Shown piece by piece: positions 40,540 through 50,517 of a stretch of 64,000 nucleotides of DNA. Positions within the stretch are counted from its first letter, which is position 1; the number at the start of each line of letters is the position of its first letter. A program made the translations under genes and the position numbers. The stretch is taken from NCBI RefSeq assembly GCF_042651805.1, contig NZ_JBHSDU010000003.1, forward strand, positions 3,461,459 to 3,525,458, read 5' to 3'. This DNA is from Steroidobacter flavus. Its GTDB lineage: Bacteria; Pseudomonadota; Gammaproteobacteria; Steroidobacterales; Steroidobacteraceae. The notes under the pieces were generated by a model. That model ran no database searches. It worked only from the letters and a program-made list of their open reading frames with translations, and was not told the origin of the DNA.

Positions 40540-40884
40540 TTCATAGCCCCCTATGAAGAATTTGTTGTTGCCCTCACGCCAAGCGGCGTGAGCGGTTTTG
40601 AATCGTTTTGATGGACCGGCTCATGCCGACCGTTCTTTAGCTCTCCCTTCCAGCGATACCGCTAACATTTCTTGCCGTCGTGACTGGCAATGAGCGAGAA
40701 TTATCATAGTTGATCGAAGTTGGCTAGAGGCCGATCATGCGAGTCGCTCCTCGACCGCGGCCGGCGACGATCGATTCGAGCAGGCGCATAAAGCAGACAA
40801 ATATCTCTGCGACAGCGTCTGCCCCGGCGTCGGCGAGGACGCCGTGGGTCGCGACAAAATACTTATTTTCCAGGGGTTTCATGC

Positions 40885-42339
40885 ATGAACGATCAAGATT
40901 CCGGCGGCCTCGATCGGCGCGCTGTGCTCAAGTCCGCAGGTGCCGTGGCACTGGGATTGGCGAGCACTGCCTATGCGTCCGCACCCAGAAAGCGCTTTGC
41001 CGTGGTCGGAGTGGGCTCGCGCTCACGCATGTACACGACCGCGATCACGGGTAAATTTCGCGACTCCAACGAACTCGTTGGAGTGAGCGATAACAATGCG
41101 GGCCGGGCGGCGCTCGCCGTCAAGACCATCGCCGCGACCGGGGCGGGCAAGCCAAAGGCGTACAGCGCGGCCGATTTCGATCGCATGATTCGCGAAACCA
41201 AGCCGCAGACGGTGATCGTCACGTCGCCCGACGCCACTCATAACGAGTACATCATCCGTGCGCTGGACGCCGGTTGCGATGTCATTACCGAAAAGCCGAT
41301 GACGACGACGGCCGAGAAAGCGCAATCCATTCTCGATGCCTGCAAGCGCAACGGCCGCAGCGTACGGGTCACGTTCAACTATCGATATTCACCGCCGCGC
41401 ACCCAGGTGAAAGACATGCTGATGAACGGTGACATCGGCGATGTGCTGTCGGTGGACTTTCACTGGTTGTTGAACACGGTGCACGGCGCCGACTATTTCC
41501 GTCGCTGGCACAGTAACAAAGCCATCTCCGGCGGCCTGATGATTCACAAGGCCACGCACCATTTCGATCTGGTGAACTGGTGGCTGGGCGCGCAGCCGGA
41601 GACGGTCACCGCGATCGGTAAGCGGGAGTTCTATACGCCGACCATGGCCAAGCGCATGGGGCTGAAGAGTCATCACGAGCGCTGCCGGACCTGCCCCGAA
41701 CAAAACGCCTGTACTTTCTATTTCGATCTCGCGGCCGATGCCGGCTTGAAGGCGCTGTATCTCGACAACGAACAGCACGACGGTTACTTCCGCGATCAGT
41801 GCGTGTGGCGACCGGAGATCAGCATCGAGGACACGATGAATGTCGCGGTTCGTTACGACACGGGCACGACCCTCAGTTACTCGCTCAATGCGTTCAATGC
41901 GTGGGAGGGGTATCACATCGCGTTCAATGGCACGAAGGGGCGTCTGGAACATTCCATCGTCGAGCAGGCGGGTGTCGCGGGGGCCGATGAGACGCAGGGG
42001 AAGATCAAAGACGATGGCGTGACGACGCGGATCATTCCGTTGCGAGGCGAGCCGCGCGACATCGAGCCCTGGACCGGCACGGGCGGTCATGGCGGCGGCG
42101 ACGATGTGATGTTGACGGAAATTTTCGGCGATGCGCCGGCGGACAAATACAAGCGTGCATCGGATCAGCGCGGCGGGGCTTACTCGATTCTGATCGGCAT
42201 CGCGGCCAATCAATGTTTCAAGACCGGTCAGCCGGTGCGGATCGATGAGCTGGTGACGGGGCTGACGCCGCCGGATCGGGCGCCGATGCCGAGTCGCACG
42301 GCATCGTTGCCGATGCCGATGCGAGTGAAGATGCCCTAG
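40885..42339 (+). CDS. Gfo/Idh/MocA-family oxidoreductase with twin-arginine signal
   Basis: 'RRAVLKSAGAVALGLASTAYA' Tat motif, then 'RFAVVGVGSRS' Rossmann motif. Confidence 0.8.
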   Translation: MNDQDSGGLDRRAVLKSAGAVALGLASTAYASAPRKRFAVVGVGSRSRMYTTAITGKFRDSNELVGVSDNNAGRAALAVKTIAATGAGKPKAYSAADFDRMIRETKPQTVIVTSPDATHNEYIIRALDAGCDVITEKPMTTTAEKAQSILDACKRNGRSVRVTFNYRYSPPRTQVKDMLMNGDIGDVLSVDFHWLLNTVHGADYFRRWHSNKAISGGLMIHKATHHFDLVNWWLGAQPETVTAIGKREFYTPTMAKRMGLKSHHERCRTCPEQNACTFYFDLAADAGLKALYLDNEQHDGYFRDQCVWRPEISIEDTMNVAVRYDTGTTLSYSLNAFNAWEGYHIAFNGTKGRLEHSIVEQAGVAGADETQGKIKDDGVTTRIIPLRGEPRDIEPWTGTGGHGGGDDVMLTEIFGDAPADKYKRASDQRGGAYSILIGIAANQCFKTGQPVRIDELVTGLTPPDRAPMPSRTASLPMPMRVKMP

Positions 42340-42363
42340 TTGGAAATGGCGAGGGCGCTCGCG

Positions 42364-43032
42364 TTAAGCGCGAGCGCTCTTTGTCGCCGAACGCCGACGC
42401 TTCGCGCCGAATGCGACAGCCGCGCCCACCACGAGCAGTCCGACTGTCCCAGGCTCGGGAATGTTATTGGTCGAGGAGACCCCGACCAGGCGCAGGTTTT
42501 CGCCGCAGGTGCCCAGGCAAATCATGTTCTGCCCCAGGCCGATGTCGGCGATGAACGAGAAGGCGTGGCCGATGGGCGCATCGATGATCGAAGTGCGCAC
42601 CAGCTGAATGAAATAATCGCCGGACTCCCAGCGAACCACGTCTTCATAAAACGGCTGGGTCGGATCGGGGCCGAGAAACTGACGGAAGCTGGTGCTTTCG
42701 TTCGGCAGCGACAGATCCGAGGCGAGCTCTTCGCTCGTGCCGGCCAGGCGCGCGTGGAAATAATCGAGCTGATAGTGACCGAACCAGGGGTCGCTCGGGT
42801 TGGTGTGCAGGCCCTGATCCTGTTGCGTGACCAGCACGCCGCTGCCGTTCAGGTAAGTGGCCTGCTGGTCCACGTCATATTCCATCGTGAACCGAAAGGT
42901 GGGGTCGTCGCCGTTTTCGTAACTGCGACCGTCGCCAAAATATCCGTACGTGTAGTAAACGGGAACGGCCGATGAGGTCGCCGACCACATCAAGCCCACG
43001 CACGCTGCCCAGAGACTCGCCTTGCGCATCAT
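42364..43032 (-). CDS. PEP-CTERM (exosortase-sorted) secreted protein
   Basis: Signal peptide. C-terminus 'NNIPEPGTVGLLVVGAAVAFGAKRRR' is PEP + TM + basic tail. Confidence 0.8.
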   Translation of the reverse strand: MMRKASLWAACVGLMWSATSSAVPVYYTYGYFGDGRSYENGDDPTFRFTMEYDVDQQATYLNGSGVLVTQQDQGLHTNPSDPWFGHYQLDYFHARLAGTSEELASDLSLPNESTSFRQFLGPDPTQPFYEDVVRWESGDYFIQLVRTSIIDAPIGHAFSFIADIGLGQNMICLGTCGENLRLVGVSSTNNIPEPGTVGLLVVGAAVAFGAKRRRSATKSARA

Positions 43033-43219
43033 CCGGTCTCCCTGTCGTCAACTCACTTTAGGAGGTCTGCTCGCAATCATAAGTGAAATCGCGGAGCACA
43101 GCTGCAGTGTACGCGTGCTGTCGCCGAGCGCTACTGTCGTGATTCGTGACAGCAGGAAATTTACCTGCACTTTGCGCTGACGCGTCCGTAAAACGGGCAG
43201 GCTCGGTATCATTGCGTGC

Positions 43220-44041
43220 ATGACACCGTTGCTGACTTTGAAAGTTCACGAGCAGTTTCAGAAAGCGTTGCGTGCCGGCGCCGCCGAGTTGACGTGCTCT
43301 CTCGATCTGGATCGCACGACGACGAGCGTGACGCTCGAACAATCCGGCTGGACGTGGCAGGGGCAGCGCTATCCGTATCTGGAGAAGTGCAAGGAGCGCA
43401 CTGTTTATTACTGGCGAGACGGCGAGTTCGCACCGGTGTCGCGTTTCGGTTCGTCGCTCATCAAGTTGGTGCCGACGGACTGGGGTCCGCCGACGTTCGA
43501 GATCGACGGCATCAAGATGCTGGTGAGCGAGAAGATTTCGCCGTATCAGGATGCGCAAGCCAAGGTCGCCTTGATCGAGCCGCGCGGGAAAACCATCCTC
43601 GATACGTGCGGCGGTTTGGGTTACTTCGCGGTGTGGTGTCTGGCGGATGCAGCGGCGCAAATTATTTCATTCGAAAAAAATCCGGATGTGATCTGGTTGC
43701 GCAGTCTCAATCCCTGGTCGCCACCGGTGGGTGGCGCGCTCAGTCTCACTCAAGGCGATGTCTCGGAGAAGATCGCCGAGTTACCGGATGCATCCGTCGA
43801 TGCGATTCTCCACGACCCGCCGCGCTTCGGTATCGCCGGCGAGTTGTACTCCCAGGAGTTCTACGATCAGCTCGCGCGAGTGTTGAGGCGAGGCGGACGA
43901 ATGTTTCATTACACCGGCACGCCCAACAAGCTCACGACCGGTCGCGATGTGCCCAACGAAGTCGCGACTCGACTGAAGCGCAGCGGCTTGAAGACCCGGC
44001 TGCACGGCGACGGCGTGCTGGCGAGCAAGGGCAGCCGCTAG
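43220..44041 (+). CDS. Class-I SAM-dependent methyltransferase with DPPR/F amino-methyltransferase motif
   Basis: 'ILDTCGGLGYF' (motif I) and 'ILHDPPRFG' (motif IV, RsmD/RsmC-like). Probably an RNA/protein MTase rather than a DNA MTase. Confidence 0.55.
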   Translation: MTPLLTLKVHEQFQKALRAGAAELTCSLDLDRTTTSVTLEQSGWTWQGQRYPYLEKCKERTVYYWRDGEFAPVSRFGSSLIKLVPTDWGPPTFEIDGIKMLVSEKISPYQDAQAKVALIEPRGKTILDTCGGLGYFAVWCLADAAAQIISFEKNPDVIWLRSLNPWSPPVGGALSLTQGDVSEKIAELPDASVDAILHDPPRFGIAGELYSQEFYDQLARVLRRGGRMFHYTGTPNKLTTGRDVPNEVATRLKRSGLKTRLHGDGVLASKGSR

Positions 44042-44128
44042 CGGCGCGAGATTTTTCCGCCAGTCCGGGATCTGACTCGCTCGCGATGCGTTACCGGGGC
44101 AACGCAGTGTTTTCGTAGGAGCGCCGCC

Positions 44129-44410
44129 ATGTCATCCGCTAAGGCCACCACCGACCACGACACCATTCGCCACTGGGTTGAGAAGCATGGCGGCTGTCCC
44201 GCGCATGTGAAGAGCACCGGTGGTAAGCAGGATCCCGGTATTCTGCGTATTGATTTTACCGGCTTCTCCGGCCAGCAGACGCTCGAAAAAATCTCGTGGG
44301 ATGAGTTTTTCGAATCTTTCGACGCCAACGAGCTGGCGTTCCTGTATCAGGACGAGGGCCGCTTCAACAAGCTGGTCCGGCGCGACTCGGTTCGGGATCA
44401 GCTGCAGTAG
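44129..44410 (+). CDS. Hypothetical small protein (93 aa)
   Basis: Clean ORF with an AGGAG RBS; no recognisable motif. Confidence 0.4.
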   Translation: MSSAKATTDHDTIRHWVEKHGGCPAHVKSTGGKQDPGILRIDFTGFSGQQTLEKISWDEFFESFDANELAFLYQDEGRFNKLVRRDSVRDQLQ

Positions 44411-44550
44411 GCGACGAATGGCCCGATATCGATAAAAATACGTCCGATCTCCAAAATCCAGCCAGACCGCACGGTCGAAATGACGCGGCTGCGGTGGTCG
44501 ATTCTGCACTTCGGTGTCACACTCTCTGCAGGCTGGTGGGGGTGATATAT

Positions 44551-45042
44551 ATGAGTGCAGATCGGGCTTTGCGCGATCCGCTGGATGACCTGACCCGCGA
44601 ACAGGTCGAGGCCGCATTGGCGGCTCATCAAGGGCGGCCCGGGCCGCTGTTACAGATTTTGCATGACGTTCAGGACCGGCTCGGTTATGTGCCGCCGGCC
44701 GCGATCCCGCTGATCGCCGAAGTGTTGAATCTGTCGCGCGCCGACGTGCACGGCGTGGTCACTTTTTATCATCACTTCCGGCAGGCGCCGATCGGGCGTC
44801 ATGTCATCCAGGTATGTCAGGCGGAAGCTTGCCGCTCCATGCATTGTGAGAAGCTGACCGAGCATGCTCAACGCAAGCTGGGTGTCGAGATGCATGGCAC
44901 GACTGCGGATGGTCGTTACACTCTCGAGCCGGTGTATTGCCTGGGCAACTGCGCTTGCAGTCCGGCTGTGATGATCGACGGCGAGTTGCACGGTCGCGTG
45001 ACGCCGGAGACCTTTGACGCTTTGATCGCGCCGCTGTCATGA
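44551..45042 (+). CDS. fdsG: NAD-dependent formate dehydrogenase gamma subunit (NuoE-like 2Fe-2S)
   Basis: 'VCQAEACRSMHCE...CLGNCACSP' four-Cys 2Fe-2S pattern. Confidence 0.8.
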   Translation: MSADRALRDPLDDLTREQVEAALAAHQGRPGPLLQILHDVQDRLGYVPPAAIPLIAEVLNLSRADVHGVVTFYHHFRQAPIGRHVIQVCQAEACRSMHCEKLTEHAQRKLGVEMHGTTADGRYTLEPVYCLGNCACSPAVMIDGELHGRVTPETFDALIAPLS

Positions 45043-46580
45043 ATATCAAAGTCTATGTACCGCGGGATGCAACCGCGCTGTCGTTGGGTGCGGGTCGAGT
45101 CGCTGCCGCCATCGATCGCGAAGCTCAGCGCCGCGGTTTGCGAGTGCAACTGATCCGCAACGGCTCGCGGGGCCTGTTCTGGCTCGAGCCACTGATCGAA
45201 GTGGCCACCGCCGAAGGTCGTCATGCGTATGGGCCGGTCACGGTCCAGGATGTGCCGGGCCTGTTCGATGCGGGCTTTCTCGATGGCAAGGCGCATCCGC
45301 TACACCTCGGGCTCACTGAAGAGATCAAGGAGCTGAAGAGTCAGCAGCGTCTGACGTTCGCGCGCGTCGGCATCATCGATCCGGTTTCTGTCGATGACTA
45401 TGTTGCTCACGGGGGCTATGCAGGGCTGAAACGCGCGCTCACCCTGTCGCCAGGAGAAATCGTCGACGCCGTGACTCAGTCCGGCCTTCGCGGCCGCGGT
45501 GGCGCGGCGTTTCCGACCGGCATCAAGTGGAAGACGGTGCTCGATCAGCCGCCTCAGCAAAAATATGTAACGTGCAATGCCGACGAAGGCGACTCGGGCA
45601 CGTTTGCGGATCGGATGCTGATGGAAGGCGACCCGCTCATGCTCATCGAAGGCATGACGATCGCGGGCATCGCGGTCGGCGCGACTCAGGGCTATATCTA
45701 TCTACGAGCCGAATATCCGCATGCACATCGCGCCTTGATCGAGGCCATCGCCGCAGCTCGCGCGAGTGGCTATCTGGGTAGCAATATTCTCGGCAGCGGC
45801 AAGCAGTTCGAGCTCGACGTGCGATTGGGCGCGGGCGCCTACATTTGCGGCGAAGAGACGTCCATGCTCGAAAGCCTGGAAGGCAAGCGGGGCGAAGTTC
45901 GGGTCCGTCCGCCGTTGCCGGCGATCAAAGGCTTGTTTGGCCGGCCCACGATTGTGAACAACGTGATCTCGCTCGCCTCGGTGCCGGTGATTCTCGCGAA
46001 GGGTGCGGACTTCTACAAAGATTTCGGCACCGGTAAATCGCGCGGCACGATTCCGTTGCAGCTCGCGGGCAACGTCAAGCACGGCGGTTTGTTCGAGCGA
46101 GCGTTCGGTCTCACACTTCGCGAACTGATTTATGACTACGGCGTCGGCTCCGCCTCGGGGCGCGAGATCCGTGCCGTGCAGGTGGGTGGTCCGTTGGGCG
46201 CTTACATTCCAGCGTCGCAGTTCGATACGGCCATCGACTATGAAGCGCTCAGCGCGATCGGCGCGTTGCTGGGTCATGGTGGCGTCGTGGTGTTCGATGA
46301 CACGGTCGATATGGCTGGCATGGCACGCTACGCGATGGAGTTCTGTGCGAAGGAATCGTGCGGTAAATGCACGCCGTGCCGTATCGGCTCGACCCGCGGA
46401 GTGGAGCTGATGGATCGCGTGCTCGCCAACGTCGATCGCGAGCGCAACTTGCAGCTGGTCGAGGAACTGTGCGACACGATGCTGCACGGATCCCTGTGTG
46501 GCCTGGGCGGAATGACGCCGTTCCCGGTGCAAAGCGCGCTCAAATATTTTCCTGAAGATTTTCGCAAGACTGTGCAGTAG
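45039..46580 (+). CDS. fdsB: Formate dehydrogenase beta subunit (NuoF-like, FMN/NAD/4Fe-4S)
   Basis: 'GLRGRGGAAFPTGIKW', 'ESCGKCTPCRIG'. Confidence 0.85.
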   Translation: MNIKVYVPRDATALSLGAGRVAAAIDREAQRRGLRVQLIRNGSRGLFWLEPLIEVATAEGRHAYGPVTVQDVPGLFDAGFLDGKAHPLHLGLTEEIKELKSQQRLTFARVGIIDPVSVDDYVAHGGYAGLKRALTLSPGEIVDAVTQSGLRGRGGAAFPTGIKWKTVLDQPPQQKYVTCNADEGDSGTFADRMLMEGDPLMLIEGMTIAGIAVGATQGYIYLRAEYPHAHRALIEAIAAARASGYLGSNILGSGKQFELDVRLGAGAYICGEETSMLESLEGKRGEVRVRPPLPAIKGLFGRPTIVNNVISLASVPVILAKGADFYKDFGTGKSRGTIPLQLAGNVKHGGLFERAFGLTLRELIYDYGVGSASGREIRAVQVGGPLGAYIPASQFDTAIDYEALSAIGALLGHGGVVVFDDTVDMAGMARYAMEFCAKESCGKCTPCRIGSTRGVELMDRVLANVDRERNLQLVEELCDTMLHGSLCGLGGMTPFPVQSALKYFPEDFRKTVQ

Positions 46581-46595
46581 CCGGAGTTAGTAGCC

Positions 46596-49478
46596 ATGCA
46601 CGCACTCGATTACATCGATCCAGGCACACCGGCCGTGCCGGAGCCCGTCGATGGAGCACTCAAGCAAGTGACCGTCGAGATCGACGGCTTCACCGTCACC
46701 GTGCCCGATGGCACCTCGATCATGCGAGCGGCCTCGCAGCTCGGGAATCAAATTCCCAAGCTGTGTGCGACCAGTTCGCTCAAGGCGTTCGGCTCGTGCC
46801 GCCTGTGCCTGGTGGAGATCGAAGGCCGTAAAGGTTATCCGGCGTCGTGCACGACGACCGTCGCCGAGGGCATGAAGATCCGCACGCAGAGCGAGAAGCT
46901 CGGTCAGCTGCGCGGCAATGTGCTCGAGCTGTATCTCTCCGATCATCCATCCGAGGCGGAGTGCTGTTCCAGCAATAACCGCTGCGAGCTGCATGAAATG
47001 GCGGCGGCCGCGGGGGTGAGCGAGTCGCGCTACGCATTGCCAGGCGTCGATGGGATTCCGGCCGGTCGCACTCATCAGCACTCGGTGAAGGACGACAGCA
47101 ATCCTTACTTTGTCTTCAATCAAGACGCCTGCATCGTCTGCTCCCGCTGTGTGCGAGCTTGCGATGAGGTTCAGGGAACGTTTGCATTGACCATCGAAGG
47201 CCGCGGCTTCGATTCCAAGGTGTCGGCGAGTCAGTCCGAGTCGTTCCTGGACTCCGAATGTGTGTCCTGCGGCGCTTGTGTCGAGGCGTGCCCGACAACA
47301 GCGCTCACTGAAAAATCTGTTCTCTCGCTCGGCCGGGCCGAGAGTGCGGTGGCCACCACGTGCGCCTACTGCGGTGTCGGCTGTACCTTCAAGGCCGAGA
47401 TGAAGGGCGAGCAGGTCATCCGCATGGTGCCGTATCGAGACGGTCATGCGAATCACGGTCATGCTTGCGTGAAAGGGCGCTTTGCCTACGGCTATGCCAC
47501 ACACGCCGATCGCATCACCAAGCCGATGATCCGAAGCAAGATCACCGATCCGTGGCGCGAAGTGAGCTGGGACGAGGCGATCAACTATGCGGCTGCCGAG
47601 TTCAAGCGGATCCAGGCGCAGTATGGTCGGGACTCGGTGGGCGGAATCACTTCCTCCCGCTGCACCAACGAGGAAACCTTCCTGGTTCAGAAGCTGGTGC
47701 GTGCGGCGTTCGGCAACAACAACGTCGATACATGCGCGCGTGTGTGCCATTCGCCCACGGGCTACGGTCTGAAGAATACGATCGGCGAGTCGGCGGGTAC
47801 GCAGGAATTCGACTCGGTGATGCATGCCGACGTGATCATGCTGATCGGCGCCAATCCCACCGAAGGTCATCCGGTGTTCGCTTCTCAAATGAAGCGCCGG
47901 CTGCGTCAGGGTGCGAAGCTCATCGTCGTCGATCCTCGTCAGATCAAGCTGGTCCGGACGCCTCACATCGAAGCGGACTATCACTTGCAGTTGCGGCCGG
48001 GTACGAACGTCGCGCTGATGAATTCGATTGCGCATGTCATCGTGACCGAGGGCCTGGCGCACGGTGAGTACATCACCGATCGTTGCGAAACGCAGTCCTG
48101 GGAGAAATGGAAGGCGTTCGTCAGCGATCCGAAGAATTCGCCCGAGGCGATGGAAGCGGTCACGGGTGTGCCGGCCATGGCCGTGCGTGCCGCCGCCAAG
48201 TTGTATGGATCGGCCGCGAATGGCGCGATCTACTACGGCCTCGGTGTCACGGAACACAGCCAGGGCACGACGATGGTCATGGCCATCGCGAATCTCGCTA
48301 TGGCCACGGGCAACTTGGGCCGCATCGGTGTCGGTGTGAATCCGCTGCGCGGTCAGAACAACGTGCAGGGCTCGTGCGACATGGGCTCGTTCCCGCACGA
48401 GTTCAGCGGTTATCGCCATGTGTCCGACGACGCGGTTCGCGCGACGTTCGAGTCGGAGTGGGGCGTGCAGCTGCAGTCCGAGCCGGGTCTGCGCATTCCC
48501 AATATGTTCGAAGCGGCGCTCGATGGCAGCTTCCGCGCTGTCTATGTCCAGGGTGAGGACATCGCGCAGTCCGATCCGAACACGACTCACGTGACCGCGG
48601 CGTTGAGCGCGATGGAATGCGTCGTCGTGCAGGATCTGTTCTTGAACGAGACCGCCAAGTTCGCGCATGTGTTCTTCCCGGGCTCGTCGTTCCTGGAGAA
48701 GAACGGCACGTTCACGAACGCCGAGCGTCGCATCGGTCGCGTGCGTAAGGTCATGCAGCCGCTCGGTGGCTTGGAAGATTGGGAAGCCACGGTGCGTTTC
48801 TCGAATGCGCTCGGCTATCCGATGAGCTACACGCATCCGTCGCAGATCATGGATGAGATCGCCGCGCTCACGCCGACCTTCACCGGTGTGAGTTACGAGA
48901 AGCTCGATAAGCTCGGCAGCATCCAGTGGCCGTGTAACGAAGCGGCGCCCGACGGCACGCCGACGATGCACATCGGGCAATTCGTGCGCGGCAAGGGCAA
49001 GTTCTTTGTGACGGACTATGTCCCGACGCGCGAGAAGACGACGAGTCGCTTCCCGCTGCTGCTGACGACCGGTCGCATCCTCACACAATACAACGTGGGC
49101 GCGCAGACGCGTCGGACTCACAACGTGGTGTGGCACGACGAGGATCGGTTGGAGATTCATCCGCACGATGCCGACGTGCGCGGCATTCTCGAAGGCGACT
49201 GGGTTGGCATTGCGAGCCGAGCCGGCGAGACGGTGTTGCGTGCGCAGGTGACGGATCGGGTGCAGCCGGGCGTCGTCTATACGACGTTCCACTTCCCCGA
49301 GTCCGGCGCGAACGTCGTGACCACCGACAACTCGGATTGGGCGACGAACTGTCCCGAGTACAAAGTGACGGCAGTGCAGGTCGTGAAGGTCAATCAGCCG
49401 TCGGAGTGGCAGAAGCGGTATCGCGAGCTGACCGAGCGAAACACGCGCATTCGGCGCGGTGCTGGTGTGCATGTCTGA
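46596..49478 (+). CDS. fdsA: Formate dehydrogenase alpha subunit (molybdopterin, Cys-type; no in-frame TGA)
   Basis: N-terminal 2Fe-2S/4Fe-4S Cys clusters, 'CAYCGVGC', molybdopterin domain. 960 aa uninterrupted. Confidence 0.9.
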   Translation: MHALDYIDPGTPAVPEPVDGALKQVTVEIDGFTVTVPDGTSIMRAASQLGNQIPKLCATSSLKAFGSCRLCLVEIEGRKGYPASCTTTVAEGMKIRTQSEKLGQLRGNVLELYLSDHPSEAECCSSNNRCELHEMAAAAGVSESRYALPGVDGIPAGRTHQHSVKDDSNPYFVFNQDACIVCSRCVRACDEVQGTFALTIEGRGFDSKVSASQSESFLDSECVSCGACVEACPTTALTEKSVLSLGRAESAVATTCAYCGVGCTFKAEMKGEQVIRMVPYRDGHANHGHACVKGRFAYGYATHADRITKPMIRSKITDPWREVSWDEAINYAAAEFKRIQAQYGRDSVGGITSSRCTNEETFLVQKLVRAAFGNNNVDTCARVCHSPTGYGLKNTIGESAGTQEFDSVMHADVIMLIGANPTEGHPVFASQMKRRLRQGAKLIVVDPRQIKLVRTPHIEADYHLQLRPGTNVALMNSIAHVIVTEGLAHGEYITDRCETQSWEKWKAFVSDPKNSPEAMEAVTGVPAMAVRAAAKLYGSAANGAIYYGLGVTEHSQGTTMVMAIANLAMATGNLGRIGVGVNPLRGQNNVQGSCDMGSFPHEFSGYRHVSDDAVRATFESEWGVQLQSEPGLRIPNMFEAALDGSFRAVYVQGEDIAQSDPNTTHVTAALSAMECVVVQDLFLNETAKFAHVFFPGSSFLEKNGTFTNAERRIGRVRKVMQPLGGLEDWEATVRFSNALGYPMSYTHPSQIMDEIAALTPTFTGVSYEKLDKLGSIQWPCNEAAPDGTPTMHIGQFVRGKGKFFVTDYVPTREKTTSRFPLLLTTGRILTQYNVGAQTRRTHNVVWHDEDRLEIHPHDADVRGILEGDWVGIASRAGETVLRAQVTDRVQPGVVYTTFHFPESGANVVTTDNSDWATNCPEYKVTAVQVVKVNQPSEWQKRYRELTERNTRIRRGAGVHV

Positions 49479-50301
49479 CGTCCGCGCCGCGCCGGCAACG
49501 AGCCGCGAAGTCACGGTCCATCGCTGGCGCGATGGCGATGTCGAGCGCGTTGCCGATCAGGTCGCCGAAGAATTGCCGGTGTCGCTGGTGTTCAACGGCG
49601 TGCCGCATGTCGTGATGCTCGCGACGCCGGCGAATCTGGAAGATCTCGCGGTCGGGTTCACGTTGAGCGAGAGCATCGTCGGCTCGCCCAGTGAGATCGT
49701 CTCGGTCGAGTCGGCGATTCGTGAAGACGGGAATCTGGAAGTGCGCATTGGCATTACTGCGTCCAGGCTCTCCGATCTGCTGCGGCGTCAGAGAAACATG
49801 ACCGGTCGTACGGGCTGTGGTCTGTGTGGCGCGCAGACGGTGGAAGATGCGATTCGCCAGCCAGCGCCGGTGCAGGGCGGTGTGAATGTCGATGTGGATT
49901 CGCTGCACGACGCGCTGAGAAATCTGCGCGAGCGTCAGGAGATCAATCTACGGACGGGCAGCGTTCACGCGGCGGCCTGGGTGATGCCGGAGTCGGGCAT
50001 CAAGCTGGTGCGTGAAGATGTCGGTCGTCATAACGCATTGGATAAGGTCATTGGCGCGGTGGTCCGGGCCGGTGGCGATTTCAAATATGGATACTTCGTG
50101 GTGACCAGCCGCGCGAGTTATGAAATGGTTCAGAAGGCGGTCACGGTCGGCGGCACGTTGCTCGCCGCGGTGTCGGCTCCCACGGCGTTCGCCATTCGCA
50201 TGGCGGAGTCCGCGGGGCTGACGTTGGTCGGCTTCGCACGTGAGCATCAACACGTGGTCTACGCTCATCCTTCGCGACTCTTATGCACATCGACTACTTA
50301 G
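49459..50301 (+). CDS. fdhD: Formate dehydrogenase accessory sulfurtransferase FdhD
   Basis: 'GRTGCGLCG' active-site Cys motif. Confidence 0.8.
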   Translation: MLVCMSDVRAAPATSREVTVHRWRDGDVERVADQVAEELPVSLVFNGVPHVVMLATPANLEDLAVGFTLSESIVGSPSEIVSVESAIREDGNLEVRIGITASRLSDLLRRQRNMTGRTGCGLCGAQTVEDAIRQPAPVQGGVNVDVDSLHDALRNLRERQEINLRTGSVHAAAWVMPESGIKLVREDVGRHNALDKVIGAVVRAGGDFKYGYFVVTSRASYEMVQKAVTVGGTLLAAVSAPTAFAIRMAESAGLTLVGFAREHQHVVYAHPSRLLCTSTT

Positions 50302-50516
50302 TTCGCATGGCCAACGACATCGGTGCCTTCTTCGCCAACGAGGAAGACAAGAAGGTCGCGGCCGCGAGTATTCATCAGCACATCCATCGATACTGGGATC
50401 CCCGGATGCGCTCGCGGATCGTCGCGTACTACAAGGAAACGGGCGGCGACGAGCTCGAAGGTCCGGTGCGAATCGCGATCCAGCGGCTGGCCGAGGAAAC
50501 AGCCGCCAAGGCTTGA
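50283..50516 (+). CDS. fdsD: Formate dehydrogenase delta subunit
   Basis: 77 aa, 'DYLVRMANDIGAFF'. Confidence 0.7.
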   Translation: MHIDYLVRMANDIGAFFANEEDKKVAAASIHQHIHRYWDPRMRSRIVAYYKETGGDELEGPVRIAIQRLAEETAAKA

Positions 50517-50517
50517 T

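Noticed and set aside
35634-40611. Several 250-575-aa plus-strand ORFs (35634-36428, 36492-37373, 37765-38793, 38884-40611) over the GH43 and TBDR genes
   Set aside because: All are antisense to genes with clear signal peptides and family motifs; Arg/Gly-rich junk translations.
46587-49514. 975-aa minus-strand ORF exactly antisense to fdsA
   Set aside because: Arg/Ala/His-rich low-complexity translation. It mirrors a gene with unmistakable motifs on the other strand. Typical GC-rich shadow ORF.
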